Assembly: GCA_963708295.1 (NCBI GenBank)
Contig: CAVPSJ010000017.1
Location: 288,001-352,000 of the forward strand
Length of the DNA stretch: 64,000 nt
Direction: 5' to 3'
DNA from: an uncultured delta proteobacterium
GTDB taxonomy: Bacteria; Desulfobacterota; BSN033; UBA1163
The position numbers and the translations under genes are program-made. Shown here in pieces: positions 20,543 through 30,563 of the stretch (position 1 is its first letter; the number at the start of each line of letters is the position of its first letter). The notes below the pieces were generated by a model. It was not told the DNA's origin, searched no databases, and was given only the letters and a program-made list of their open reading frames with translations.

Positions 20543-21307
20543 TCAGTCCCGCTCATGATCTTTGTTGACAATGCTCCATTCCCTCTTTGGCCATTTTAAG
20601 AGAGGTACGAGCATCGGCACTCTCTTCTGGTATTCCCGATAGGCATCACCGAATTCGACGATGAGGTCGATTTCTTCGAAGTATGAGCCGATCACGATCC
20701 AGACCGTCCACAGAAGGTTGAACAGTAGCCTGTCCCTTGTCAGATCCGGGCAAGACCAGATCATTAGTATCATGAAAAGGTAAAGCGGGTGGCGTACCCA
20801 GCGGTAAGGTCCTGCGACTGTAATAGGCATTGGCGTCGGATTCCTGCCTCGCAAACGATTCAAGATTGGTCTCAGGCCGAAGGGGTCGAAGAACCGCAGT
20901 GCTTTAACACCCCAATAAAACCCGAGAAGGGAAAGGAAAGAGACTGCGCGGAGCGACCAGCGAAGGAGACCGGATGGTGTAATGACTGTCTGAGTCGACG
21001 TCTGCCACAGCAGAATCACTAACAACAACACGATTCCTGAGGCAATCGCATAAATGGCGCCGGCATATTCTTCCGGAATGAAGCGTGCCAACCAGCGGCG
21101 GAACGGCTTTCGGATCATCCCGCTGTGTTGAATGAAAAACAAGAGGGAGAGACCGGCATCAAGCCATAAGATCCCACTTTCATCCAGATGCATGTCCAAG
21201 AGATTTAAAGACCCCACAAATAGAAAGATCATAAATACGAGTAGCGACATTCCACCCAAAATTCGAGCCAGACCAATGATTATGTACGCTGTATATTTAC
21301 TCATCAT
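20543..21307 (-). CDS. Isoprenylcysteine carboxylmethyltransferase family membrane protein (MddA/NnrU-like)
   Basis: FIQHSGM, GPYRWVRHPLY, EE..L...FG..Y..Y...VPM; start MMSKY after AGGAAGAGG. Confidence 0.8.
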   Translation of the reverse strand: MMSKYTAYIIIGLARILGGMSLLVFMIFLFVGSLNLLDMHLDESGILWLDAGLSLLFFIQHSGMIRKPFRRWLARFIPEEYAGAIYAIASGIVLLLVILLWQTSTQTVITPSGLLRWSLRAVSFLSLLGFYWGVKALRFFDPFGLRPILNRLRGRNPTPMPITVAGPYRWVRHPLYLFMILMIWSCPDLTRDRLLFNLLWTVWIVIGSYFEEIDLIVEFGDAYREYQKRVPMLVPLLKWPKREWSIVNKDHERD

Positions 21308-21510
21308 CCTCTTCCTGTGAAATCCACTCCTACTACCAAAGTGTAATGATCGGTCTGTGCTAAGAGGTATTGATTTTGCTTGAGATAATAGCGGCAAAAT
21401 CCAGATAAACATATCTGTCGAGGACACGAATGCCCCTCGGAAGTGTTTTCTTTCCTCCTGCCGTCAATCTTACGAAAGGCAACTTTTGAATTGTATTGCC
21501 GTGCGAAAGT

Positions 21511-21651
21511 CTATTTTTCCTTCTTGCTCTTCCGCTTCATGTCCAGGCTGTGTGCACGTTTATAAGTCTGAATGTCCTTGAAACGACCTTTGCTGTCCCT
21601 TACGGCATAGAGCTTCGTTCCCGATACACTGCGGTGCGTTGTACGACGTGC
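21511..21651 (-). pseudogene. Small basic protein lacking its start codon (not in the ORF track)
   Basis: Reads ARRTTHRSVSGTKLYAVRDSKGRFKDIQTYKRAHSLDMKRKSKKEK*; the codon before Ala is TAG contributed by repeat R11. Confidence 0.6.
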
Positions 21652-21895
21652 CTACATCGCCACCCGGTTGATTTCTGATTTGAATATACAAATTCTATGA
21701 AGATTGGTCAACCGAAACTTTCAGAAAGAAAAAGTCAACCCTTCGACTCCGTGGCCTGGAGGTCGGTGCTCTTGTTCGACCCAATCTCAGCCGACGGGCT
21801 CAGGGTTGACTGAACGGCGCTTCGTACCTTCACCGGTGCTTGGCGCCGCCGAACGGGTCAAAAAGGGGAGCTGGTTGTTTAACCTGCAAGTCCTC
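21652..21895. repeat. Intergenic element copy R11 (right half, interrupted by a REP-like insertion at 21739-21861)
   Basis: CGCCACCC...GAATATACAAATTCTATGAAGATTGGTCAACCGAAACTTTCAGAAAG..GTCAA[insert ending GTCAA]AAAGGGGAGCTGGTTGTTTAACCTGCAAGTCCT. Confidence 0.85.
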
Positions 21896-22277
21896 ACTGA
21901 AAGATAATCTTGCAAGTTTGACCATCACGAATAGAAAGCAAGCAGAGGGAGCGAAATAAAAATGTTACCTTTTTGGAAGGGTAACTTCGACACAGAGGAG
22001 GGCGAGGATAAAAAAAGCATACAAGCTTTTTTCCATTGGCCAGCGAGGCGGGGGGGGGTAGTGAAGTGAAAGTCACAGGAAGGAACCACACATTTGGTAA
22101 ACCTGGGGACGGCCCTTACATTCTGGTTCAATAACGAAATGAGACACACACTCACTCTCGTCCGAAGGAGGAGTCTCAACGCAGAGACGCAAAGGACGCG
22201 GAGGAACTGATTTTAGCCACCCTGAACGAAAGCTCCAGGGAAGTAGTTCAATGGGCGTATTTCCCCGGAGCTGGTTT

Positions 22278-22958
22278 TCAGGAAATATTCTCTTTGTTCC
22301 CTTTCACAAAGGCATTCAACGTGGAAAGAATACTTCTCACATTTACAATGTAGACCCTGGATTTGATGCCGTTGCCCCGATGGTATTTGCCAAAATCCTT
22401 CCCGAAGAACTTATAGACATGGCAGGTTAAAAAGATATTGATCGATGGATCCAAGAGTTGGTGGGGCATCAATCCAAAGTCCTTGCCCCAGTGCTCCCAA
22501 TTGATCTGTCCGAGACCGTAGTCGCCGGTCTCCTTGTTGATGCAATCCTCTCTGAAATTGCTTTCGGCCATAATGATCGCAATGATTTCAAGAGGGTTTA
22601 CGCCATTTTTCTGGGAAGCATGGGAGATCAAACCGGCATACCTCAACAGTTTAGCTTCGGGAAGCTGGTTTCCGGTAATGAACCGAATCACATTCGCCAG
22701 ATGCAGAACTTCCTTCACGCTGGAATCGGAGGATTTTGTGATGGAAAGAAATTCCTCCATTCCGGCTGGAAAGTCCGTTCGCAGGCTCTTTTGGGCCAGA
22801 GGCGCAATATATTCGAGCACGAAAAAAGCGGTAACGGCCACGAGGAAGACGACTTTAACAGATTCCAGGACGGTGTGGAGAATCATCCTTTTCTTAAATT
22901 TCGAGTTAAAGTCATGCACCGAGTTACACGTAATCACATGGATGTTGAAAAGCTTCAT
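22278..22958 (-). CDS. Transglycosylase SLT-domain protein
   Basis: AIIMAESNF (catalytic Glu), GDYGLGQIN, LLDPSINI; N-terminal membrane anchor; start uncertain. Confidence 0.8.
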   Translation of the reverse strand: MKLFNIHVITCNSVHDFNSKFKKRMILHTVLESVKVVFLVAVTAFFVLEYIAPLAQKSLRTDFPAGMEEFLSITKSSDSSVKEVLHLANVIRFITGNQLPEAKLLRYAGLISHASQKNGVNPLEIIAIIMAESNFREDCINKETGDYGLGQINWEHWGKDFGLMPHQLLDPSINIFLTCHVYKFFGKDFGKYHRGNGIKSRVYIVNVRSILSTLNAFVKGNKENIS

Positions 22959-23006
22959 TCCCCCTCCTCCTCTTTCAAAATATCCATTCCCTTCATTTAG
23001 TTATGA

Positions 23007-23318
23007 TCAGACCACAACCCTTCTATGAACGGTGCTTTTGGACGGCAGCGGCCCTTTCCTGTTAATCCGGATTTTCTTCTGCAGCTTTCTAAATGCCTCT
23101 TCTTCGGACCGCCTGATCGCCTCTCCCGTTAGACCCCATGCATCACCAATTTCCTCCGGAGTCCAGGGGTATGTGATCCTGCAGCAGCAGTTTCTTATCT
23201 CAAGCGCCTTGTCCGTCATTTGGATTTTGTCTCTATCGAGGCTTAACTCTTCCCAGAATAAGTTGTGAGGACATTTGAAATTCGTACAATATAAATCCGA
23301 ACTCAATCCTGTGCACAT
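23007..23318 (-). CDS. Small Cys-rich protein with sigma70 region-4-like HTH
   Basis: C..C...CPHNL...NCC followed by TPEEIGDAWGLTGEAIRRSEEEAFRKL. Confidence 0.65.
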   Translation of the reverse strand: MCTGLSSDLYCTNFKCPHNLFWEELSLDRDKIQMTDKALEIRNCCCRITYPWTPEEIGDAWGLTGEAIRRSEEEAFRKLQKKIRINRKGPLPSKSTVHRRVVV

Positions 23319-23972
23319 CTCTCAGCCCTCCTCTCGGCTACTTCTTGCAAAAGAGTGTAATGGTTTTGTGATATTGATATACAAATCCATCTTTCTCTCT
23401 TCTTTCCGATCACCCTCTAGGCGGTACCGTAAACAAATGACCTTATTCATGATGCAATCTCTCACAACTAAAGAATCCCCCAAAAACAAAAAAGCCCGTG
23501 TCAAAGTTGACCACGGGCGAATATTAATGCGATACTTTTTGTTAACCGGGAGACTCCTCATTCATATCACCGTTCATTGTAATTATAAGTTTATTTTTTA
23601 AACAACTTCTTCCTCCAGCATTCTGCAATCGGCACGTTATGTAGTTATTCAAGTCCCGTGCCACAAAAACCATCCGGCAGATCTATTATGCCACTTGACA
23701 ACACCGCACTATTTTTTCACACCTCTTGACAAAACAAGTTTAAGAAATCTTGGGGCGGTTTAGAAGAAATGTGCCGATCGGGCAAACGATTGAGCCAAAA
23801 GGTAAAGAAGGTTTAATAAGTATCAGTAATTACATTTGTTTTTCTAGACTAAAAAGGAGAGTCCTTTTTGGAAATAGGTTTTTATGTAAGTATCCAATTT
23901 TAAAGCAAGAAAGAGGGACCGATGAAAGGTCAGACCTCTGGGGTCGAATTTTTAAAGTCTGGGTCCGCAGAA

Positions 23973-24368
23973 TTAGCCTTCGGCTGGGATGAAGGGTTGG
24001 GCACAATGTTCATTAGAGATCATTTCCTCTTTCTTGGACCGAGGCATCGCTTTTATCTGTGCTTCTCGAATAAGAGCTTCGGAATGCGTCAAACCTCCTT
24101 GTTGATATAACAGCCGGACGGGCAGGCGAGTTCGGGTGTAGGCCGCTCCCCGCCCCTCACCATGTTGCTTGATCCGAACCTGCACATCTTTTGCTATCCC
24201 CGTGTAGAGCGACCCATCCCCGCAGCGGAGGATGTAGACTGTCCAATCCTTTCTCCCCCCTCTCGTCATCCCTTGGATCATTTTCAGGTATTTCGTCTCC
24301 ACATTCTCTCCGGATTGGGGCTTCAAAGGCAATGCAATATCTCGCTTAAGTGCATTCGAGTTTCCCAT
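23973..24368 (-). CDS. GIY-YIG nuclease family protein (UPF0213/YhbQ-like)
   Basis: WTVYILRCGDGSLYTGI...R...H..G.GAAYTR, ALIREAQIK. Confidence 0.9.
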   Translation of the reverse strand: MGNSNALKRDIALPLKPQSGENVETKYLKMIQGMTRGGRKDWTVYILRCGDGSLYTGIAKDVQVRIKQHGEGRGAAYTRTRLPVRLLYQQGGLTHSEALIREAQIKAMPRSKKEEMISNEHCAQPFIPAEG

Positions 24369-24371
24369 TCA

Positions 24372-24496
24372 GGAAACGAGGAAATATTTATGCCCACACC
24401 CTGTTGATGGTTGATTGGAATATACAAATTTTATGAAAATTGGTCAACCGAAACCTTTTCAGCAACAAAGACTCAAAGAGGTGGGCTGTTTGTTAG
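24372..24496. repeat. Intergenic element copy R12 (right half)
   Basis: GAAACGAGGAAATATTT...GATTGGAATATACAAATTTTATGAAAATTGGTCAACCGAAACC...GACTCAAAGAGGTGGGCTGTTTGTTA. Confidence 0.85.
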
Positions 24497-24585
24497 GATT
24501 ACCAGTAGAAAAGTTGAAAGGAGGATAAATAAAAAGGCAGAGTCTTGTGTGGTCCTGCCTTGGCTTTTGACGATTGAAGATAGGA

Positions 24586-24825
24586 TTAATTCTTAATGGG
24601 CATGTGAGATGGAATGACCCGGGAGAATTTGCCTGTATATTCACTTAGGGTTACCTTTTTGTAAAAAATAGTTTTTTTGCTCTCATTATCACCTAAAAGC
24701 ATTTTCCCCCATTTCATGACCGATGCATCGGTTATTCTTCTTGGGTCTTTTCTCCTTTCTGGTAGTATTCCTATTAAATCGTATTCCTTTACCGGGTCAC
24801 TGCAATAAAATTGATAGACTACCAT
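24586..24825 (-). CDS. Small hypothetical protein
   Basis: RBS GGGAGG; LIGILPERRKDPRRIT..SVMKWG motif looks like real coding sequence. Confidence 0.6.
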   Translation of the reverse strand: MVVYQFYCSDPVKEYDLIGILPERRKDPRRITDASVMKWGKMLLGDNESKKTIFYKKVTLSEYTGKFSRVIPSHMPIKN

Positions 24826-24990
24826 GAGAACTACCTCCCGATCTCGGTTTAAAATTTGTTCTAGGCATCATTCTCTGTTCCTGCATCGATGCTGGTCGAG
24901 GTCATCCATCGCCTTCCGGAAGCCGTTAATGTTTCTTTCTTCTGACAGTCTCTTTCTGCATAGCGGCGCTAAACTCTCCTTCGAACAGGG

Positions 24991-25920
24991 CTACTTGTTG
25001 CGGGATTTATTCTTGAGTTTTTGAGCCACTGCGAGAACGGTGTTGGCATAGATGGAACTCTTGTTGTAACGGAGGATCACTTCGCGCTGAGTGCCTTTAT
25101 CCATGGTGACCTTCCAGCCGTGCTCCCGCAGATAATTGGCAATGCTGTAGGAGGCATCGGCCTTTGTAAAGAGATCGATGCGGCCGTCATGATCGGCGTC
25201 TACTCCATAGGATAAGATATTGGAGGGTAAAAACTGGCAGAGGCCAATTGCTCCGTAGATGGAACCCGGAAAAGTCAACGGGTCGAATTCACTCTGGTTG
25301 GCATACAGGATCAGGGCTTTGAGCTCTGCGTAGGCCCAATCTGCTTTTTTCCGGCAGATGGTTCTGGCAAAGTCTTCATTCCCGGGATTGATCAGTTTTC
25401 TGGGAAGGTAAGGCCTAACGGTTTCGAGGTCTGCGCTGAGTGCCATGGAAGCCAGAGTATTGAAAGCCCGCTTCCCTCCCACGCTATCCCCGAGGTGGGT
25501 TTCCACCAGAAGTATGGAAACGATGATTTCCTTGGGCACGCAGTATTGATGGTTGATGTTTTCCAGAAGCTCTGCGTTCTCCTGGAGGTAAGAGTGCGCT
25601 TGGGCTATCACATTTTCTTTCAGATAACATGAATAGACAACTTTTGGATTGTCGGAGGGAAGTCTTGGCACTTTTTCCATCAACTCCTTGAGCTTGCTGG
25701 ACATGGGAGACGGCTCAAACGTTACCTCAGCCCGGGAGAAAAGAATCCGTACGGTGGTCTCATCAAAACCATCGGCTACTAAACGGTCAATAACAGGAGA
25801 CCAGTCGGCGAACACCCAGCAAGGCGATAATAGGAGGGCGGTGAGGACTGAGACGAATAGGAGCATCCTGAATCTTAGGTGAACTGTTGTTTGGTGCATA
25901 TCCCAATATCCTGATTTCAT
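24991..25920 (-). CDS. Lytic murein transglycosylase (MltB-like)
   Basis: IIVSILLVETHLG, GSIYGAIGLCQFLPS, DADHDGRIDL, SIANYL..HGW, YNKS..Y. Confidence 0.9.
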   Translation of the reverse strand: MKSGYWDMHQTTVHLRFRMLLFVSVLTALLLSPCWVFADWSPVIDRLVADGFDETTVRILFSRAEVTFEPSPMSSKLKELMEKVPRLPSDNPKVVYSCYLKENVIAQAHSYLQENAELLENINHQYCVPKEIIVSILLVETHLGDSVGGKRAFNTLASMALSADLETVRPYLPRKLINPGNEDFARTICRKKADWAYAELKALILYANQSEFDPLTFPGSIYGAIGLCQFLPSNILSYGVDADHDGRIDLFTKADASYSIANYLREHGWKVTMDKGTQREVILRYNKSSIYANTVLAVAQKLKNKSRNK

Positions 25921-25951
25921 GGAGGTCCAAATCTCTTATGGGTATGGTATT

Positions 25952-25967
25952 TGCAACTTTGGTGCCG
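25952..25967 (-). promoter_or_regulatory. Probable sigma54 promoter of the MltB-like gene
   Basis: Minus strand CGGCACCAAAGTTGCA. Confidence 0.55.
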
Positions 25968-26243
25968 CATTTTTGTAGCACCGTAACTATTTGTTATTAT
26001 AAATTTATCTTGAACTGCCCGATATTTTAACCAAACTCAAAATTGAAAGGCTTTTCCACAAAAGTCCCGAATTACTTCCCCTAAAGGGGAAGATCTGTTT
26101 TCATTTCTTGTTGTGGGTCGAGGGGATTGTTGATTATCAGAAATCTGGCGAGAAGTGTAGATTCCTAACTTGACGGCTTCAGGAAATACTTCCGACCGCA
26201 GGCCCTTTCACGTTTCAAGGTCAGCGGGGAGGGAGGGTTGGAC

Positions 26244-26684
26244 TCAGATATAATCCTCCCACTTCTGTCCTGTGTCGACCAGGGGTCTAATATCATAGAC
26301 TTCAAATTCTACCGCGGCGTAGATGGCCTTTGCTGCCTCCTCTGAAACTCTCGCAGCAACCTGTTTTCGAAAAGCAATCAGTTCATCTCCCTCGGTCTTG
26401 TAACCGGTCATTCTTAGATAAACTCTGAGTCCCCTCCATTCACTGGTGGTCTTTCCTGGCTCCATAATCATAAAGACAGCGTAAGGGTTCTCCTGAAGGT
26501 TAGCAAAGGTCCGGTTCTTTCTTGTTGCCATGATGACTCTTTTTTCACCTGTCATCCTGGGAGAGCCGAAAATAGCTACATTGACCCGTCCGTCTTTCTC
26601 GGCTGTACTGAGCGAACCGAGCCTGGGCATCTTGTTAAAATATTCCATCAGTTTTGCTGACATAAAACCCTCCTTCCGTACCAA
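26244..26684 (-). CDS. Pyridoxamine 5'-phosphate oxidase family protein
   Basis: LSTA..DG.VNVAIFGS, RTFANLQENPYA; true start probably MSAKL. Confidence 0.85.
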   Translation of the reverse strand: MVRKEGFMSAKLMEYFNKMPRLGSLSTAEKDGRVNVAIFGSPRMTGEKRVIMATRKNRTFANLQENPYAVFMIMEPGKTTSEWRGLRVYLRMTGYKTEGDELIAFRKQVAARVSEEAAKAIYAAVEFEVYDIRPLVDTGQKWEDYI

Positions 26685-26701
26685 TTAAGCAAATGATTGT
26701 A

Positions 26702-27436
26702 TTATTCTGCCTTCCTCGAATGTGTCCCGATGGTCCAGTTCCTCGTTCTTTTTACAAAATCCTTTACCTCATTTTCATCCCTGAAATCCCCTTGGCCGCA
26801 ATCATCATAATGAACCATCTTTTTCGGATCCCTCATGAACTTCTCACTGGGATGAAGGGCAGGGTAGCCAATGGCCATCATGTCATAAGGCTCCATCTCG
26901 ACCGGAACTCCCAATAGATCCTTTACCATGCAACTTGTGAAGGGAGTGGTGACCGCAGATACCCACTGAGAGGCCAATCCCAGGGTGGCAGCGGCCAAAT
27001 GCATGTATAAAAAAGCACTGGCAAGGCTTGAGGTGAAAGTCAACTGGCAACGATTTTGATCATACCTGAGGCCCATCGGGAGTCCTACCTTGGTTCGGGT
27101 ATCCCCAAGAAGGATGATGAACACAGGCGCTGTGGTAAAATCCATTCCCGCGTCGAGTACGCCCGAAGTCGTCCAGGGTTTTCCCTGCCAGGATTCTCTG
27201 GTGCCCTCCATGCTTTTTGCCAGTTTCCAATATTCGCCGATATATTCAACAATCTTTTTCCTCAGCTCCGGCTTTTTAACCACGACAAACTCCCAAGGTT
27301 GCAGGTTGAAACCCGATGGCGCCCAGCGGGCAACCTCAATGATCTTGTCTATGGACTCATCAGGGATCGGGTCCGGCTTGAAACGACGTATACTCCTTCT
27401 CTTTTTCACCAGCGTCAGCAGGCTATCGTAATCCAT
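26702..27436 (-). CDS. Nitroreductase family protein
   Basis: RRSIRRF..DP, ARWAPSGFNLQPWEFVVV, HLAA..LGLASQW; RBS AAGGAG before ATG 27436. Confidence 0.92.
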   Translation of the reverse strand: MDYDSLLTLVKKRRSIRRFKPDPIPDESIDKIIEVARWAPSGFNLQPWEFVVVKKPELRKKIVEYIGEYWKLAKSMEGTRESWQGKPWTTSGVLDAGMDFTTAPVFIILLGDTRTKVGLPMGLRYDQNRCQLTFTSSLASAFLYMHLAAATLGLASQWVSAVTTPFTSCMVKDLLGVPVEMEPYDMMAIGYPALHPSEKFMRDPKKMVHYDDCGQGDFRDENEVKDFVKRTRNWTIGTHSRKAE

Positions 27437-27470
27437 GCCAATCTCCTTCTTTTTATCCCCTGTCATTCTC

Positions 27471-27561
27471 TTGGAATATATCTATTTTATGAGAATTGGT
27501 CAACCGAAACCTTCAGGAAGGATGAGCCAGAAAAATGAAGGGATTTGGGGTCAACTCTTTA
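27471..27561. repeat. Element copy R13 (promoter plus right arm) followed by an isolated left end
   Basis: TTGGAATATATCTATTTTATGAGAATTGGTCAACCGAAACCTTCAG, then TTGGGGTCAACTCTTTA at 27545-27561. Confidence 0.85.
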
Positions 27562-27669
27562 CGGCCGTTGCGCAAATGATGCTTATAACGATCACACATT
27601 CGAGCTGCTTTCAGTTTGCTTTGCTACGAGCTGAGTTGGAGTTCTCCCAAAAGGTTAGCAGGTTAGTTT

Positions 27670-30423
27670 TTAATCCAATAAGGCTAGCTTTCTCTTTATT
27701 TCTTCGGCGTTTTTTGAATTGGGAGAAATCTGAAGATAGTGTTGAAAGGCTTTCTTGGCTTCTGGTTTTCGGTCTAATTTTAAACAAGCATCCCCCAGGT
27801 TAACATAAGCAATGGCACGGTGCGGATCCAGAACAATGGTCTTTTCGAACCAGTTTATTGCTTCTTCATGTTGTTCCAGTTTGTAATACATAAAGCCGGC
27901 ATTATTGGCGGCTAATACGTTGAATTCATCCAACTGGATGACCGCTAAAAACTCTTTTAGCGCTTCGGCATATTTTTTCTCCTTAAACAAAGCATCGCCC
28001 CTTTCTGTGTGTTTCCCGATATCGACACCCATGGATGGGGTTTGGCCTTTTTCTGTTTTGGCCTCAAGATGCTTGTTGACGGATTGGGCATAAGCCAATT
28101 TCTGGTGCAGTTTTTTATTCCGAAGACTTTTTTCTGCGATTTGTTTTCGAATTTGTTCCAACTGGTTATTTATTTCAATTGCTTCTCCATCCAGCTGGGT
28201 GGAGAGTTCGCTCAAAAATTCATTTTCCTGTTTCGGCTCAAAAATAAATTCGCCTCCTTCGCTTCCCGGGAGGTTGCCAAATGCAGGCGTCTGTTTTGAC
28301 AATGCTGAAACACTGGGGCCGACATAGGCCGCCAATTCCGAAGCAGTGATAAACCCATCGCCGTTCAAATCCGCCCGGCCCTCTAACCCTTGCAGAAGCG
28401 TCCAGGTAAAAACAGAATGGCCGTTCGGGCCGTCGTCTGCTACCTGCTCACTCGCTCCGCCGGCAGTCAGCATCTGGCGGGAAATTCGGCGTGAAATCTC
28501 CCGCAGGTAGTTTTCGGTTCGCACGTTACCCGATCCCCGCATTAAGGCCAAGCCGCTGTAGCAGGAATCCATGACGAATAGGACATGTTTGGCAAAGATG
28601 GCTTCCGAGATATCCTGAAAGTTTGTCATGGAAATGGATCGCCCCTGATAATTCTCTACATCCGCCTCCACCGGGACAATGTAGCCCAGATCGCGCCCGC
28701 TGGACAGCTTGCGAGTAATGCCGTGACCCGCAAAAAATACGAAGACCCGGTCATCTCGCTTGACCTTTTCAGGATTACCCATGGTGTCTCCGAGAACCGA
28801 AAGAATTTTTTCACGGGTGGCTTCTTCATTCAGTAACGTGATTATACATTCGGGTTTGAATTTATATTTTCGAATCAATAGTTCGCGGATGGCTTTTGCA
28901 TCGTTGACGGCATAGTTGAGCTTGGGCCAACTCCGGTAATCGTCAATTCCAATGATCACCGCCCAGCTTTCCCTGTACAATGCGGTGATCGCAGGTTGAC
29001 GAGAAGTAGGGGGCTCCGGAGGGGTTTCATCGATAAAATCCTTGCCATTCCAGGTCAGAAAATGATAGCCGTCATTCTTCAAGGTCTCCAGGACGAGAGG
29101 TAGCGCTTCAATGGTACGTTGATGAATGTCGTGGAAGAGAATGATCCCGCGATCCTGTTTGAATACTTCACCCAGCACCCGATTGGCAATGGATTTAGGA
29201 ATCGGATCGGCCCAATCCCTGGAGTCAACATTCCATAAAATGGATTTCAAATGGCTCTCTTGCAAAGCCGCGAGCAATTTCTCATTCTGCGCCCCATACG
29301 GGGGACGAAACAAGGTGATCGGGGTCTGGGTTACCGCTTGAAGCAGTTGATTGGGACGTTCGATTTCATCCAGCAATTCTTTGTCGGCGAGTTTCGGGAG
29401 AAAGGGATGGGTATGACTATGATTCCCAAGAGAAAAACCGGATTTTATGGCACGCTCACTGGCGGCAGCGGCACGGGTGTGCTGAATCGTTTTGTCTTTT
29501 CTAAAAGTGCCCAAATTTTGACCCACTTCAAAAAAGACCGCCTTGACCTGATATTTTTTCAGGATGTTTATGATGCGATCCGTATAGCTTGGGTGAGGAC
29601 CGTCGTCAAAGGTGAGCACCAGTGTTTTGGGAGGGAGTCGGGTGCCTGTCATTCCACGCGAAGAAGATTGCTTTTGAGTGTTTTTGTCGGCTTCTTTCGC
29701 GGGAGAGGGCAACAAATGCGAGTATTCCTTCAAAATATCTTCCCTTTTGAATTTGGTTTTTAGATAGGCCACATACCGCTCCCATGCTTCACGGCGTACA
29801 ATCATCCCCCGGGTTTCAAAACGGCCAAAGATCTTTTCCAGTTCTTTCTCGTAAAGGGCCTGAATTTCGAGCATTGCTTTTCGGTCACCCTCCAATCGAT
29901 CTTGAAGATCCATCTTTAGTTTTTGACTGCCTGGGAGGCCATGCAGTGATTCAGCCATTTGATCAACACTATCCCGAAAGACCAGCTTGTCGGCATCACG
30001 CCATTCAGCAAAGTCTTCCAGTGTGTTGAGGAATTGTTCGACATCAGAGGGTACGATACTAAAATCGGCCATGGATGCACGTTCAAGCTCTCCGTTCAAT
30101 TGTTCTACGAGATCGTTGAGGCGTTGCTGATTTTCATGAAAAAGCATTTCTCCAACGATGGAGGCGGACTCAAGCTGCTGAGCATCCAGTGAAGCATCAT
30201 TTTCGAGTAAAACAATAATTTTCCGATAGGTGTTGACCATGTTTGAAAGATTCTCTTTCAGGGAGGCACTTTCTACCTGAATCGTCTGCTGTGTAGAAGA
30301 GGCTATCTTTAAAGAAGAAGGAGAATGGAGCAACCAGATGAATCCGGCCAGGGCAATGAGTATCGCAACAGAAATAGAAATGATGAGGCGTTTACCCGGT
30401 TTATTCAATGACAATTTACCCAA
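27670..30423 (-). CDS. Polysaccharide deacetylase - caspase-like (peptidase C14) - TPR fusion protein
   Basis: LTFDDGP, GNHSHTH, FRPPYG, DSRDW, ILFHD; FAGHG and DSCYSG His/Cys dyad; C-terminal TPRs; N-terminal membrane anchor. Confidence 0.9.
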   Translation of the reverse strand: MGKLSLNKPGKRLIISISVAILIALAGFIWLLHSPSSLKIASSTQQTIQVESASLKENLSNMVNTYRKIIVLLENDASLDAQQLESASIVGEMLFHENQQRLNDLVEQLNGELERASMADFSIVPSDVEQFLNTLEDFAEWRDADKLVFRDSVDQMAESLHGLPGSQKLKMDLQDRLEGDRKAMLEIQALYEKELEKIFGRFETRGMIVRREAWERYVAYLKTKFKREDILKEYSHLLPSPAKEADKNTQKQSSSRGMTGTRLPPKTLVLTFDDGPHPSYTDRIINILKKYQVKAVFFEVGQNLGTFRKDKTIQHTRAAAASERAIKSGFSLGNHSHTHPFLPKLADKELLDEIERPNQLLQAVTQTPITLFRPPYGAQNEKLLAALQESHLKSILWNVDSRDWADPIPKSIANRVLGEVFKQDRGIILFHDIHQRTIEALPLVLETLKNDGYHFLTWNGKDFIDETPPEPPTSRQPAITALYRESWAVIIGIDDYRSWPKLNYAVNDAKAIRELLIRKYKFKPECIITLLNEEATREKILSVLGDTMGNPEKVKRDDRVFVFFAGHGITRKLSSGRDLGYIVPVEADVENYQGRSISMTNFQDISEAIFAKHVLFVMDSCYSGLALMRGSGNVRTENYLREISRRISRQMLTAGGASEQVADDGPNGHSVFTWTLLQGLEGRADLNGDGFITASELAAYVGPSVSALSKQTPAFGNLPGSEGGEFIFEPKQENEFLSELSTQLDGEAIEINNQLEQIRKQIAEKSLRNKKLHQKLAYAQSVNKHLEAKTEKGQTPSMGVDIGKHTERGDALFKEKKYAEALKEFLAVIQLDEFNVLAANNAGFMYYKLEQHEEAINWFEKTIVLDPHRAIAYVNLGDACLKLDRKPEAKKAFQHYLQISPNSKNAEEIKRKLALLD

Positions 30424-30563
30424 TAAAAACTCTTTTGGTATAGTTTTGTTACAAATTTATTGAATTCATGGATAAAACCAACAAGAAATAATTGTTCTCA
30501 AGCGAAAATAACACCTGCTTAAAACTCCTCCTTCGCCAACCATTGAACTTTTAAAGGTGTTAA

